Source of the DNA: Candidatus Saccharimonadota bacterium
Lineage (GTDB): Bacteria > Patescibacteriota > Gracilibacteria > UBA1369 > 2-02-FULL-48-14
Assembly: GCA_016699145.1 (NCBI GenBank)
Contig: CP064962.1
Coordinates: 90,001 to 122,000, forward strand
Direction of reading: 5' to 3'
DNA length: 32,000 nucleotides
Positions 8,770 to 17,088 of the stretch are shown in pieces; the first letter of the stretch is position 1; each line of letters begins with the position of its first letter. The notes beneath the pieces are model-generated. The model was not told the origin of the DNA, did not search any database, and saw nothing but the letters and a program-made list of their open reading frames with translations. Made by a program: the position numbers and the translations under genes.

Positions 8770-10947
8770 CTAATAATCACTCGGCTTATTCAAAGGGGAA
8801 TAAGCATTTTCACCATTGTCCAAAACCGTGATGAAGCGATAAATGACTTCGGCAACCTCTGCACGGCTCATGGGCTCAGCAGGTTCAAAAGTGGATCCTT
8901 CTAAGGGGAAGATGTTTTTTTCTTTGGCATAAGCCACATAAGGAGCATACCAAGAGAGCTTGTTCACATCTTCATAAGGATTTTCTACAACGGCAGGATC
9001 GACATTCACATCCAGCACATTGAAGAGCATTTTAAGGAATTCCACGCGATTCACCCCTTGAGTGGGTTTAAAACTTCCATCCGAATATCCTTCCACCACG
9101 CCCAAAGAATGGGCAGTCGCGAGGTAGGGGTAATACCATTCTCCTTTTTGAGTGTCTGAGAAAGTAACCTTCAATTTAGAACTGACAGGTTCTTCCAAGC
9201 CCGAGAAAATAAACTTCAAAGCCTCCACTCGCGAAACCGTGCGGCTGGCTTGAAAAGTGCCATCGGGGTAGCCCTGAATGGTTCCCTGACGGTACAAATA
9301 ATTCACGGCTTCATAAAAATCATCGTCTTCTGAAAAATCATTGAAAAGACGAGCTGTCAATACTTCAGAAACGCCGGTTTTAAGTCCATGTTTGAACTGA
9401 AGAATCACGCTTTCGCTCGATTTCCCGACAAAACGAATTTCCGCAACGCCGCGATCAAAATCTTCATTGCGCACCTGGTCGGGTTCCAGCGTCCCATCTC
9501 CTTGGAGCAAAGAAATCTCAATGGTTCCATATTCTTCAAAATTCACCACTCGGTTTCCATCTTTATCCAAAGCTTGAACTTGGATGATTTCATTTTTACC
9601 GGGTACAAAAGTTCCGTCGTGAACAATGGAAAAGTGGTCAAAATCCCCTTCTTCAGCCAGCAATTCTATGTCCGAAGAGTCCACACTTATGCCTCCAAAA
9701 TGTGCACTCACGCTCACTTTGCCCTTGCGATCTCCATACACTTTCACGGTGGCCTCACCATCATCAAAGGCATAGCGATCCAAACTGCTGCGATTCAAAG
9801 AAGCCACGGAGCTGTCTGAGAGGCTCACATTCACCGTTCCCTCAAAAGTCGCGTCGTCTTCAACGACTTCTCCTTCTTCATCGAGCAAATAGAGGTGCAC
9901 GGTTTCTTGCTCACCCACTTCAATCAAAGAAGGCACTTGAATCAGCAAACGAGAAAAATCTTCCCCTTGGATTTGTTCTGGGGCAGCCTGCGGCTCTTCT
10001 TCTTTGGGTTCTTCAGGGTCTTCCTCTTGCACCTCATCCTCTTCGTCTGGCTTCACTTCGGGTTCGTCGTCAAAAGTCGCCTCAGAGTCCAAGTGCTCTT
10101 GAACGAATTCCATCGGATTTTCTGTATACGCATAAAGATTGTCTTGCCCCACTCCATAGTTCACCGCATCCCAAAAATCATAGCCAGCCGCACTGGCCTG
10201 CGCACTGGTGAAAGGCCAGTAAGGGTGCCAAGGGGCAGAGTCGTTGTCGATTTGAAAATGCAAATGAAAAGTGGTTGCCGTTCCGGTATCTCCCACTTCT
10301 CCTAAAATCTCCCCTTTATTGATTTTACTGCCTTCACTCACAAAAATTTGATCCAAGTGAGCATAGGTCGAAAAAAGCGTGGTGGTCTGGCTGGGACTGT
10401 CGGGATTGGGTACACCGCTGTGTCGAATCACCACATAATTCCCCCAACTGCCGGAGCTACTGGCCGTCTCAACCACTCCATTGGCAATGGCATAAATCGG
10501 AGTGTCCTTAAGAGTTTTGATGTCCACGGCGGGATGACTTCCACAGTCTTCTCCACACGAATTGAGCTCATAGTTCCCGGCATAAGGCACCGAATAGGTG
10601 ATTTGTGCATTGCGAATTTTCTTATCTTTGTCAGACCAACTCAAACCTTCCAAAGGCACAGTCAAAACGTCATTGTCATACTCTGGAAGAGCCAAAAACT
10701 TGGAGGAAGGAAGTTCAGAATAAATCAGCGCATTTTGCCCGCTAGAAAGATTGCTCCAATCGGGCACTTTTTGTATGGGCATCACTGTGCCATCAAAAGG
10801 ATCTTGCTTCACCGTGCTGCTCACAGAGCTGAGATAATTGTCTCCGCCGCCAATACTCACGGTAAAAACCGAAGTGGCGAGCAAAGACAAAATTCCCAGC
10901 CAATGACGGCGATTTGCGGTGGCTAAGAGTAGGCGGACTTTTCCCAT
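8770..10947 (-). CDS. secreted M23 (LytM-type) metallopeptidase with acidic linker, Ig-like middle region and three C-terminal SLH domains
   Basis: 725 aa with an N-terminal hydrophobic signal/anchor. M23 motifs are HPAVD and TTFHLHFQI. An acidic linker spans aa 292-330. The C-terminus has three repeats of the SLH type (AVNYLYRQGTIQGYPDGTFQ..., WYYPYLATAHSLGVVEGYSDGSFKP..., WYAPYVAYAKEKNIF...). Confidence 0.85.
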   Translation of the reverse strand: MGKVRLLLATANRRHWLGILSLLATSVFTVSIGGGDNYLSSVSSTVKQDPFDGTVMPIQKVPDWSNLSSGQNALIYSELPSSKFLALPEYDNDVLTVPLEGLSWSDKDKKIRNAQITYSVPYAGNYELNSCGEDCGSHPAVDIKTLKDTPIYAIANGVVETASSSGSWGNYVVIRHSGVPNPDSPSQTTTLFSTYAHLDQIFVSEGSKINKGEILGEVGDTGTATTFHLHFQIDNDSAPWHPYWPFTSAQASAAGYDFWDAVNYGVGQDNLYAYTENPMEFVQEHLDSEATFDDEPEVKPDEEDEVQEEDPEEPKEEEPQAAPEQIQGEDFSRLLIQVPSLIEVGEQETVHLYLLDEEGEVVEDDATFEGTVNVSLSDSSVASLNRSSLDRYAFDDGEATVKVYGDRKGKVSVSAHFGGISVDSSDIELLAEEGDFDHFSIVHDGTFVPGKNEIIQVQALDKDGNRVVNFEEYGTIEISLLQGDGTLEPDQVRNEDFDRGVAEIRFVGKSSESVILQFKHGLKTGVSEVLTARLFNDFSEDDDFYEAVNYLYRQGTIQGYPDGTFQASRTVSRVEALKFIFSGLEEPVSSKLKVTFSDTQKGEWYYPYLATAHSLGVVEGYSDGSFKPTQGVNRVEFLKMLFNVLDVNVDPAVVENPYEDVNKLSWYAPYVAYAKEKNIFPLEGSTFEPAEPMSRAEVAEVIYRFITVLDNGENAYSPLNKPSDY

Positions 10948-10975
10948 ATTTGTTTTTGTTTATATAAATCTATAA

Positions 10976-11004
10976 ATTATAGCGGATTTCCATTTTTTTT
11001 TCAA
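10976..11004 (-). promoter_or_regulatory. near-consensus sigma70-like promoter for the M23-SLH gene (TTGAAA-17-TATAAT)
   Basis: On the minus strand, TTGAAA is at 11004-10999, followed by a 17-nt spacer and TATAAT at 10981-10976. The ATG is at 10947. The -35 element overlaps the A of the divergent tsaE ATG (11004). Confidence 0.4.
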
Positions 11005-11414
11005 TGCTACAAAGGACCCACAGTCCCGAAGAAACCAAAGCCCTGGCTCGGCAGTGGATCGCGGCTCACCCCACAATAAAGCTTTGGTTTTTAAAAGGGG
11101 ACTTGGGGGCGGGCAAAACCTGCTTTGTAAAAGGCATCGCTACTTTTTTTGGAAGCCCAGAAAATCAGGTTAAAAGCCCCACGTTTTCTTTCATTGAAGT
11201 GCACGACAACTGGGTGCATGTGGATCTTTATCGTTTACAGGAAGAAGACGTTTTCTTAAACCAAGAATTGGAAGAGCATCTGCAAGCCGGGCGCACATTG
11301 TTCATTGAATGGCCTCAGCGCCTACTCAGTTGGCAAAATCGTCCGCATGCCGAAATTCAATTCACTCATCAAGGCGAAACGGAGCGGGAATTGAAGCTCA
11401 CTCTTCTTTCTTAA
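11004..11414 (+). CDS. tsaE: tRNA t6A37 biosynthesis ATPase TsaE
   Basis: 136 aa with P-loop GDLGAGKT and the SPTFS motif; size is typical for TsaE/YjeE. Confidence 0.85.
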   Translation: MLQRTHSPEETKALARQWIAAHPTIKLWFLKGDLGAGKTCFVKGIATFFGSPENQVKSPTFSFIEVHDNWVHVDLYRLQEEDVFLNQELEEHLQAGRTLFIEWPQRLLSWQNRPHAEIQFTHQGETERELKLTLLS

Positions 11415-12642
11415 GCGCGGCTATCCTTTCATTCGGCAAAGAGAGCGTCTTTCGTCCAGTGGAAATTTCTTCGCGTTGATAAGCAAACTGCATTTTAGCC
11501 GAGTAACGAGCCTCAACAATAGCATTCAAAAGGCTTCGCGTTTGAGGCCCCAAATAACCAGCACCCGCATCACTTTTAGTCGCCACTAAACCTTGAGCTT
11601 GTTGAAATTTAAAGAGGGCATGTTCGGTGCTTTCCCCAAAATAGCCGGTGGCAGCTAGGCGTAAATAGCCCAAGCGATTCAATTCTTCCTGAAGCAAAGT
11701 CACACTTTCTCCAGAATCTCCCAAGCCCAGCGCATTCGAAAAGAGGATTTTTTGCTCATACAAATCATGATGTTTCATGAGCAGATTCTCTCCTTGTTTT
11801 TCTTCCAAAAGATTCGCGCCTTGTTCAGGATTTTTGATCAAAGCATCAAATTGGCGACGGGTCTTGATGCCAAAATGGCCGGCACCCAGTTCATCGGGGC
11901 CCGCGACGATCCCAAAATCCAATTGAAAGGCATAAATGGCCTCAGCCGTGGATGCGCCATAAAATCCATCTGGTTCCATGTTCAAATAACCCCACTCTTT
12001 TAAATGAGTTTGCATCTTTCGAATGGATTCACTGCTTTTTCCAAAATAAAGATCATCGGGGAATTCCAAAGGGCTTAAGAAGATTTGAGTGGCCAAGTTT
12101 TCAACACTGGAATAGGCGTCAAAATAGACCAGTTCCTCCAATTCTTCATTCATTCCATAAACATAGACTTCCACAGTGCGTTTCCCCCAACCCAGGGCGT
12201 CTCTAAGGCCTTCGTCGCCCTTTCCCATCCAAACATCCAGGCGGTCATAACCGTTCCCTCGGTTCCCAGCCGTCACAATAGCCCCTCCTCGATCGTGCAC
12301 AGAGGTCAGACCAATGCCGGGAATATACATTTTCGTTCCAAAAGCATAAGTTTTAGGTGCGGCAATCATTCCTGGGAAAACCGGAGTTCCATCCGCTCCG
12401 TTGGTTCCATTTCCATTGAGGCGAATATCACCTTCATAGGAGCCCGTCACATAATATTCCTGACCCGGTAAAGGCGAGTAATAAGCCGTAATGATGAAGG
12501 TTTGCACGGTGTAATCCGGTTGATCTGCAGGTGGAGGAGGCACTTCGGTAGCCTGAGCAGTCGCTTCCAAAACGCCCGGGCAAACTTGCAGGGCGAGTAC
12601 AGCAGCTATATAGAGCAGTGCAGAGCTTCGTTTGAACTTCAT
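11398..12642 (-). CDS. secreted 3D-domain (MltA/RlpA-like fold) protein with two PG_binding_1 domains
   Basis: 414 aa with signal peptide MKFKRSSALLYIAAVLALQV...AQA. The 3D-domain signature is FGTKMYIPGIG...VHDRGGAI...YDRLDVWMG. Two peptidoglycan-binding repeats are present (IRKMQTHLKEWGYL...DGFYGASTAEAIYAFQ; VTLLQEELNRLGYL...GYFGESTEHALFKFQ). Confidence 0.75.
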   Translation of the reverse strand: MKFKRSSALLYIAAVLALQVCPGVLEATAQATEVPPPPADQPDYTVQTFIITAYYSPLPGQEYYVTGSYEGDIRLNGNGTNGADGTPVFPGMIAAPKTYAFGTKMYIPGIGLTSVHDRGGAIVTAGNRGNGYDRLDVWMGKGDEGLRDALGWGKRTVEVYVYGMNEELEELVYFDAYSSVENLATQIFLSPLEFPDDLYFGKSSESIRKMQTHLKEWGYLNMEPDGFYGASTAEAIYAFQLDFGIVAGPDELGAGHFGIKTRRQFDALIKNPEQGANLLEEKQGENLLMKHHDLYEQKILFSNALGLGDSGESVTLLQEELNRLGYLRLAATGYFGESTEHALFKFQQAQGLVATKSDAGAGYLGPQTRSLLNAIVEARYSAKMQFAYQREEISTGRKTLSLPNERIAALKKEE

Positions 12643-12675
12643 TTTTGTTTTGGTTTTATTTTTGAATTTCTTCTA

Positions 12676-12684
12676 ATTATAGCA
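12676..12684 (-). promoter_or_regulatory. extended -10 promoter candidate (TGcTATAAT) for the 3D-domain gene
   Basis: The minus strand reads TGCTATAAT at 12684-12676. An A-rich leader of ~33 nt with no SD leads to the ATG at 12642. Confidence 0.3.
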
Positions 12685-12777
12685 GAAAACTCCCTTCTCT
12701 GCCGCCAAGTACTGTAGACAAATATAAGGAAAATGCTCAAATATTCCCTGCTTCACTCTGTTTTTTTGAGAGGGTCT

Positions 12778-15216
12778 CTAAACCAAAGTCCCCAATCTTC
12801 TAAAGATTTCACGTTCCACAAATTCCTTATCGCGCCCAAATTTTAGGCGAGAGAGTTGCTTGTAAGCCTCGGCGGCCTCGGCATCGCCTTTCTCCAAATA
12901 AGGGTTCACAGGAATAATACTGAACGGCTTTGAAGGCTGAGTATCGATGGAAAGTTTCATCACAGCCTTGAATTTATCTATGTTGATCAAGTCTTGATCG
13001 CTGAAGACCGGGGCCATTTCTTTGGCCATGTACTCGGCATCCTGGGCGCCAATTTTATAAGCCATCATGCTCCCCACGTTACCGAAGATGGCATCTTTAA
13101 GGTTTGCGCCCTTCTTGCCCTTGTCTTGCTCCAACTGAGCCAGATACTGATGGGCCATCACAAGCCCCAGGCGGTATTTACGCGCTTCAGATAAAATCAC
13201 TTCAATAGAGTCGGTCACATAGTTTTGGAACTCATCGATGTAAAGAAAGAAGTCGCGACGCTCCTCTTTGGGCAAGCGCTGACGACGCAAGGCAGCCACC
13301 TGTAATTTGGACACAATGATCATACCGAGCAGTTTACTGTTGATGTCTCCGGTTTCCCCTTTGGACAGATTCATGAGCAAAATTTTGCCCTTATTCATGA
13401 TTTCAGCAAAATCGAAGGCACTGCGGGTTTGACCAATAATATTGCGCATCAATCCATTGGTCACGAATTGACCGAATTTGGCCGCAAAATAGGGAATCAT
13501 TTCTTGCTTTTCACGAGCACCGGTCTTGGCCATTTGCTGCTCCCAGAACGATTTCACAATGGGGTTTTTCAAATCTTTGGTGCGTTCGTATTGAAAGTCG
13601 TCATCGGTAAAGAGACGCACCATGTCGGTGAGACAGCCTCCGTCTTTATATTCCATCAACGTGAGACAGCCGTTGCGGAAATAATCCTGAATACGAGGGC
13701 CAAAAATCTCTTCGTCAAAAAGTTTGATCATAATATTCATCGCATCCAGTGCCACCATGTCGCGCTCTTCCGGGCTTTCTGCTTCAAGCAAGTTGAGGCC
13801 CATCGGTCGCTCCAAATCGGCTGGATTGAAATAGATCACATCATCGGCACGCTCACGAGGAATGAAAGGTAAAATGTCATCAATGAGCTGCCCATGCGGA
13901 TCAATGATGGCGCAGCCTTTTCCATTCTTAAAATCTTGGCGAATCATCACCTGCAAAATCGAAGATTTACCAGTACCTGTTTGTCCAATCACGTAAAAGT
14001 GACGAAAGCGATCTTCATTCTTCATGTGAATTTCGGTGCTCACTCCACGATAGATGTTGTGACCCAATAAAATCCCTTCTTTAGGAACGTTGGCAGGCAC
14101 AGGGGCAATCTTATAATTCTGCCAATTGATGGTGGGTGCTTTATTGTAACGAATATTGGGCAAATGAAACACGCTGACGATTTCTTCCGGACACAAAATC
14201 ATCTTATGCACATGAAAAGGTTTGCGCATGTCTCGCATCAAAAAACGCTGCACAATGGGGCCAATGTAATTTTCTTTATGATGAAAAGCATTGTTGTCGG
14301 TGGTGCTGTACTGAGCAAAGGCCCCTTTCATGCTCGAAAGCAGAGCCTCCGCCTTATGATGGGAATCGGAAACGGCAATCAGGCGCAGCACCGCTTCATA
14401 ACCGATTTGAGTGTTCTTCTCTTCAATCGCCTTCACCTGTTCATCCACCATCGGCGTGGAGCGATTGGGGCTGTCGTGACCGGCCACAGCTTCCCCTCTA
14501 AATAGAATGCTGAGCATGTCTCCGAACCAAACAAAAGGATTGAGAGAATGAAAGAAACCACCATGCTTGCCCTCTAAAATATTTTTAGCTTCTTCACGGC
14601 CCTTTTTTTGCCAGCCATTTTTAAGTGGACGAAGCATGAGTTGAATGGCGGCACTTTCTTGAGGTTCCAGCTTGGAAAGCACATTGGTCATGTTATTGAG
14701 AGGGTCCGCCGTCATGCGCTGATAAGTGCGGATGGGGAAGGGGTAATGCTTAGCCAAACACAAGTAAGCAGCCGCCACCTTGGAGCCCTTTTGAAACAGA
14801 TTGTAATCCGATTCTTCTTCCACATAACTGTCAGGGAAAAATGAAGTGATTTGCTTTTCCACGAGCACAATGAGCGGACGGGGCACCACAAGATAAAAAT
14901 CAATCAAATTGTTTCGTGCTACATATTCACAAGAAAGAAAATCGTTTCCAAAAAAATGATAGCGCCAAGTGGAGTCATCAATCGCCGCCAAAGCCTCAAA
15001 AAACTGCTTCATAATACCCGCCGTATCCTTAAAATCTCGATTCGCACCCATGGAGTCCGACTCACTTTCACGATCCTCTTTAGATTCTTTCTTTGGAATA
15101 CGAATCTTTAAAAAAGTCATATTCAAAGATCGGCGGTGGTCAGCATGATGGTGCAGCCACCACAGGGTGCCCCAAAGAGTCACGAGTACAAGGAAAACAA
15201 TGAAGGCGTAGATCAT
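12778..15216 (-). CDS. membrane-anchored VirD4/TraG/TraD-like (type IV coupling protein-like) P-loop ATPase with a large uncharacterised N-terminal domain
   Basis: 812 aa with a single N-terminal TM helix (aa 1-24). Walker A GQTGTGKS maps to nt 13963-13986. Walker B is FFLYIDEFQ. C-terminal AHQYLAQL...GNVGSMMAYKIG resembles the TraG-D_C / T4SS DNA-binding-domain family. I recognise no motif in aa ~60-400. Confidence 0.75.
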   Translation of the reverse strand: MIYAFIVFLVLVTLWGTLWWLHHHADHRRSLNMTFLKIRIPKKESKEDRESESDSMGANRDFKDTAGIMKQFFEALAAIDDSTWRYHFFGNDFLSCEYVARNNLIDFYLVVPRPLIVLVEKQITSFFPDSYVEEESDYNLFQKGSKVAAAYLCLAKHYPFPIRTYQRMTADPLNNMTNVLSKLEPQESAAIQLMLRPLKNGWQKKGREEAKNILEGKHGGFFHSLNPFVWFGDMLSILFRGEAVAGHDSPNRSTPMVDEQVKAIEEKNTQIGYEAVLRLIAVSDSHHKAEALLSSMKGAFAQYSTTDNNAFHHKENYIGPIVQRFLMRDMRKPFHVHKMILCPEEIVSVFHLPNIRYNKAPTINWQNYKIAPVPANVPKEGILLGHNIYRGVSTEIHMKNEDRFRHFYVIGQTGTGKSSILQVMIRQDFKNGKGCAIIDPHGQLIDDILPFIPRERADDVIYFNPADLERPMGLNLLEAESPEERDMVALDAMNIMIKLFDEEIFGPRIQDYFRNGCLTLMEYKDGGCLTDMVRLFTDDDFQYERTKDLKNPIVKSFWEQQMAKTGAREKQEMIPYFAAKFGQFVTNGLMRNIIGQTRSAFDFAEIMNKGKILLMNLSKGETGDINSKLLGMIIVSKLQVAALRRQRLPKEERRDFFLYIDEFQNYVTDSIEVILSEARKYRLGLVMAHQYLAQLEQDKGKKGANLKDAIFGNVGSMMAYKIGAQDAEYMAKEMAPVFSDQDLINIDKFKAVMKLSIDTQPSKPFSIIPVNPYLEKGDAEAAEAYKQLSRLKFGRDKEFVEREIFRRLGTLV

Positions 15217-15258
15217 GTCGAAAACAACTTAACACAGAAGCTGAATCTCGACCAGTAA

Positions 15259-17025
15259 CTATTTTTCAAGAATCTTAATGTGCATTTCGCGCACTGCTGC
15301 TTCTGGTAAAGAAGAGGGTGCTCCCGTGCGCAGATCCTTGGCTTTAGAGTCTTTGGGGAAGGAAATGACTTCGCGAATATTGGGTTCGTCACGAAGCAAC
15401 ATCAGAATGCGATCCAGGCCCCAAGCGATGCCTCCGTGGGGAGGTGCTCCATAAGAAAAGGCTTCCAGCAAGTGACCGAATCGGCGTTCAATTTCCACTT
15501 CTTCAATGCCGAGCACTTGAAAGATTTTTTTCTGAACTTCAGGGGAGTGGATACGAATAGAGCCCCCGCCGATTTCACTTCCATTCATGGCAATGTCATA
15601 GGCTTTGGCGAGCACATTTTTAGGATCGGTATCGAGCATATCCAGCATTTCGAGCTTGGGCGAAGTGAAGGGGTGGTGCGCAGAGGCAAGGCGGTTCTCT
15701 TCTTTGCTGTACTCAAAAAGAGGGAAGTCCACCACCCAAAGCAGTGCGAGCACGTTGGGGTCGCGCAGTTGAAAATGATCTCCACAGGCAAGACGCACAT
15801 AGCCTAGGGCGTTGCACGCGATTTCAAATTCATCCGCTGCAAAGAAGACGATGTCTCCTTTTTGAGCCCCGCAGCGGTCCACGAGAGCAGCCAATTCTTC
15901 CTCCTTGAAAAATTTCGTAATGGGTCCTTTGATGCCTTCCTCTTCCAAAGTGATGTAGGCCAGGCCCTTCGCACCATAAACTTTGGCGATTTCGGTCAAA
16001 TCATCGATCATTTTGCGGCTGAACTCAGCTCCTTTTGGAGCGCGAAGGCACTTCACCACGCCGCCATTCGCAAGGGCACCGGTGAACACTTGGAAGCCGC
16101 AGTCTTTCACAAGATCAGAAACATCCACAATTTCCATGCCAAATCTCATATCAGGTTTATCGGTTCCAAAACGACTCATCGCCTCCTTCCAAGTCAGGCG
16201 AGGAAAGGGGCTTTGCATTATTTTTTTCTCAGGAACAAGTTCGGTCAAAAGCTGGGTCAAAACCGCTTCGTTCAGTGAAATCACATCTTCCTCTTCCACA
16301 AAAGACATTTCCAAGTCCATCTGGGTGAACTCGGGTTGACGATCTCCACGACTGTCTTCATCGCGGAAACAACGTGCAATTTGAAAATAGCGATCCATTC
16401 CTGACACCATTAAAAGTTGCTTGAGCTGTTGAGGAGATTGGGGCAAAACATAAAAAGTTCCAGGGTAAAGGCGCGCGGGCACAATAAATTCGCGGGATCC
16501 TTCCGGCGTGCCTTTCATGAGCATGGGAGTTTCCACCTCACAAAAACCGCGTTCATCCATGAGGTCGCGCAGGCGTTTGATGAATTTGTGGCGGAACACA
16601 AGGTTGTTCTTCATACGCTCCTTGCGCAAATCGAGATAACGATATTTGAGACGAGTTTCTTCATTCACTTCCTTATTTTGATCGATTTCAAACGGGGGAG
16701 TTTTAGCCTTATTCAAAATCGTGAGCTCCGTCGCTAGCACTTCAATGGCTCCTGTAGCAAATTCGGCATTGGTCTGGCCTGTCGGGCGAGGACGCACGGT
16801 TCCCGTCACTTTCAAAACATATTCCGAGCGCACCGAATTCACAGCTGCATGAGCTTCAGGGGCAGTGGACGGATCAAAAACCACTTGAGTCAATCCGTAG
16901 CGATCGCGCAGATCAATAAAAACCAAATCTCCGTGATCTCGGCGGCGATGCACCCAACCGCTCAACGTGAGGGTTTGACCTTCATGATCTTTTCGGAGTT
17001 CACCGCAAGTGTGTGTTCTGTACAT
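15259..17025 (-). CDS. aspS: aspartate--tRNA ligase (bacterial type)
   Basis: Class II motifs FRDEDSRGDRQPEFTQMD and GGGSIRIH, plus an OB-fold N-terminus. The track start at 17031 is TTG. The ATG at 17025 gives the canonical MYRTHTCGELR N-terminus. Confidence 0.95.
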   Translation of the reverse strand: MYRTHTCGELRKDHEGQTLTLSGWVHRRRDHGDLVFIDLRDRYGLTQVVFDPSTAPEAHAAVNSVRSEYVLKVTGTVRPRPTGQTNAEFATGAIEVLATELTILNKAKTPPFEIDQNKEVNEETRLKYRYLDLRKERMKNNLVFRHKFIKRLRDLMDERGFCEVETPMLMKGTPEGSREFIVPARLYPGTFYVLPQSPQQLKQLLMVSGMDRYFQIARCFRDEDSRGDRQPEFTQMDLEMSFVEEEDVISLNEAVLTQLLTELVPEKKIMQSPFPRLTWKEAMSRFGTDKPDMRFGMEIVDVSDLVKDCGFQVFTGALANGGVVKCLRAPKGAEFSRKMIDDLTEIAKVYGAKGLAYITLEEEGIKGPITKFFKEEELAALVDRCGAQKGDIVFFAADEFEIACNALGYVRLACGDHFQLRDPNVLALLWVVDFPLFEYSKEENRLASAHHPFTSPKLEMLDMLDTDPKNVLAKAYDIAMNGSEIGGGSIRIHSPEVQKKIFQVLGIEEVEIERRFGHLLEAFSYGAPPHGGIAWGLDRILMLLRDEPNIREVISFPKDSKAKDLRTGAPSSLPEAAVREMHIKILEK

Positions 17026-17051
17026 AGGCAATAAAGAAACTAAGTGGGCCT

Positions 17052-17080
17052 ATTCTAGAGGTCTTGGAAGAAAAATCCAA
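17052..17080 (-). promoter_or_regulatory. sigma70-like promoter candidate for aspS (TTGGAT-17-TAGAAT)
   Basis: On the minus strand, TTGGAT is at 17080-17075, followed by a 17-nt spacer and TAGAAT at 17057-17052. The leader to the ATG at 17025 is ~26 nt with no SD. Confidence 0.4.
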
Positions 17081-17088
17081 TTGAATTC

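Noticed and set aside
9958-10074. A GAA/GAG/CCA-rich, repeat-looking stretch that could be mistaken for a tandem repeat or array.
   Set aside because: It is in frame inside the M23 gene and encodes an acidic Asp/Glu/Pro linker. There is no unit-length periodicity or spacer structure, and it is not a CRISPR array.
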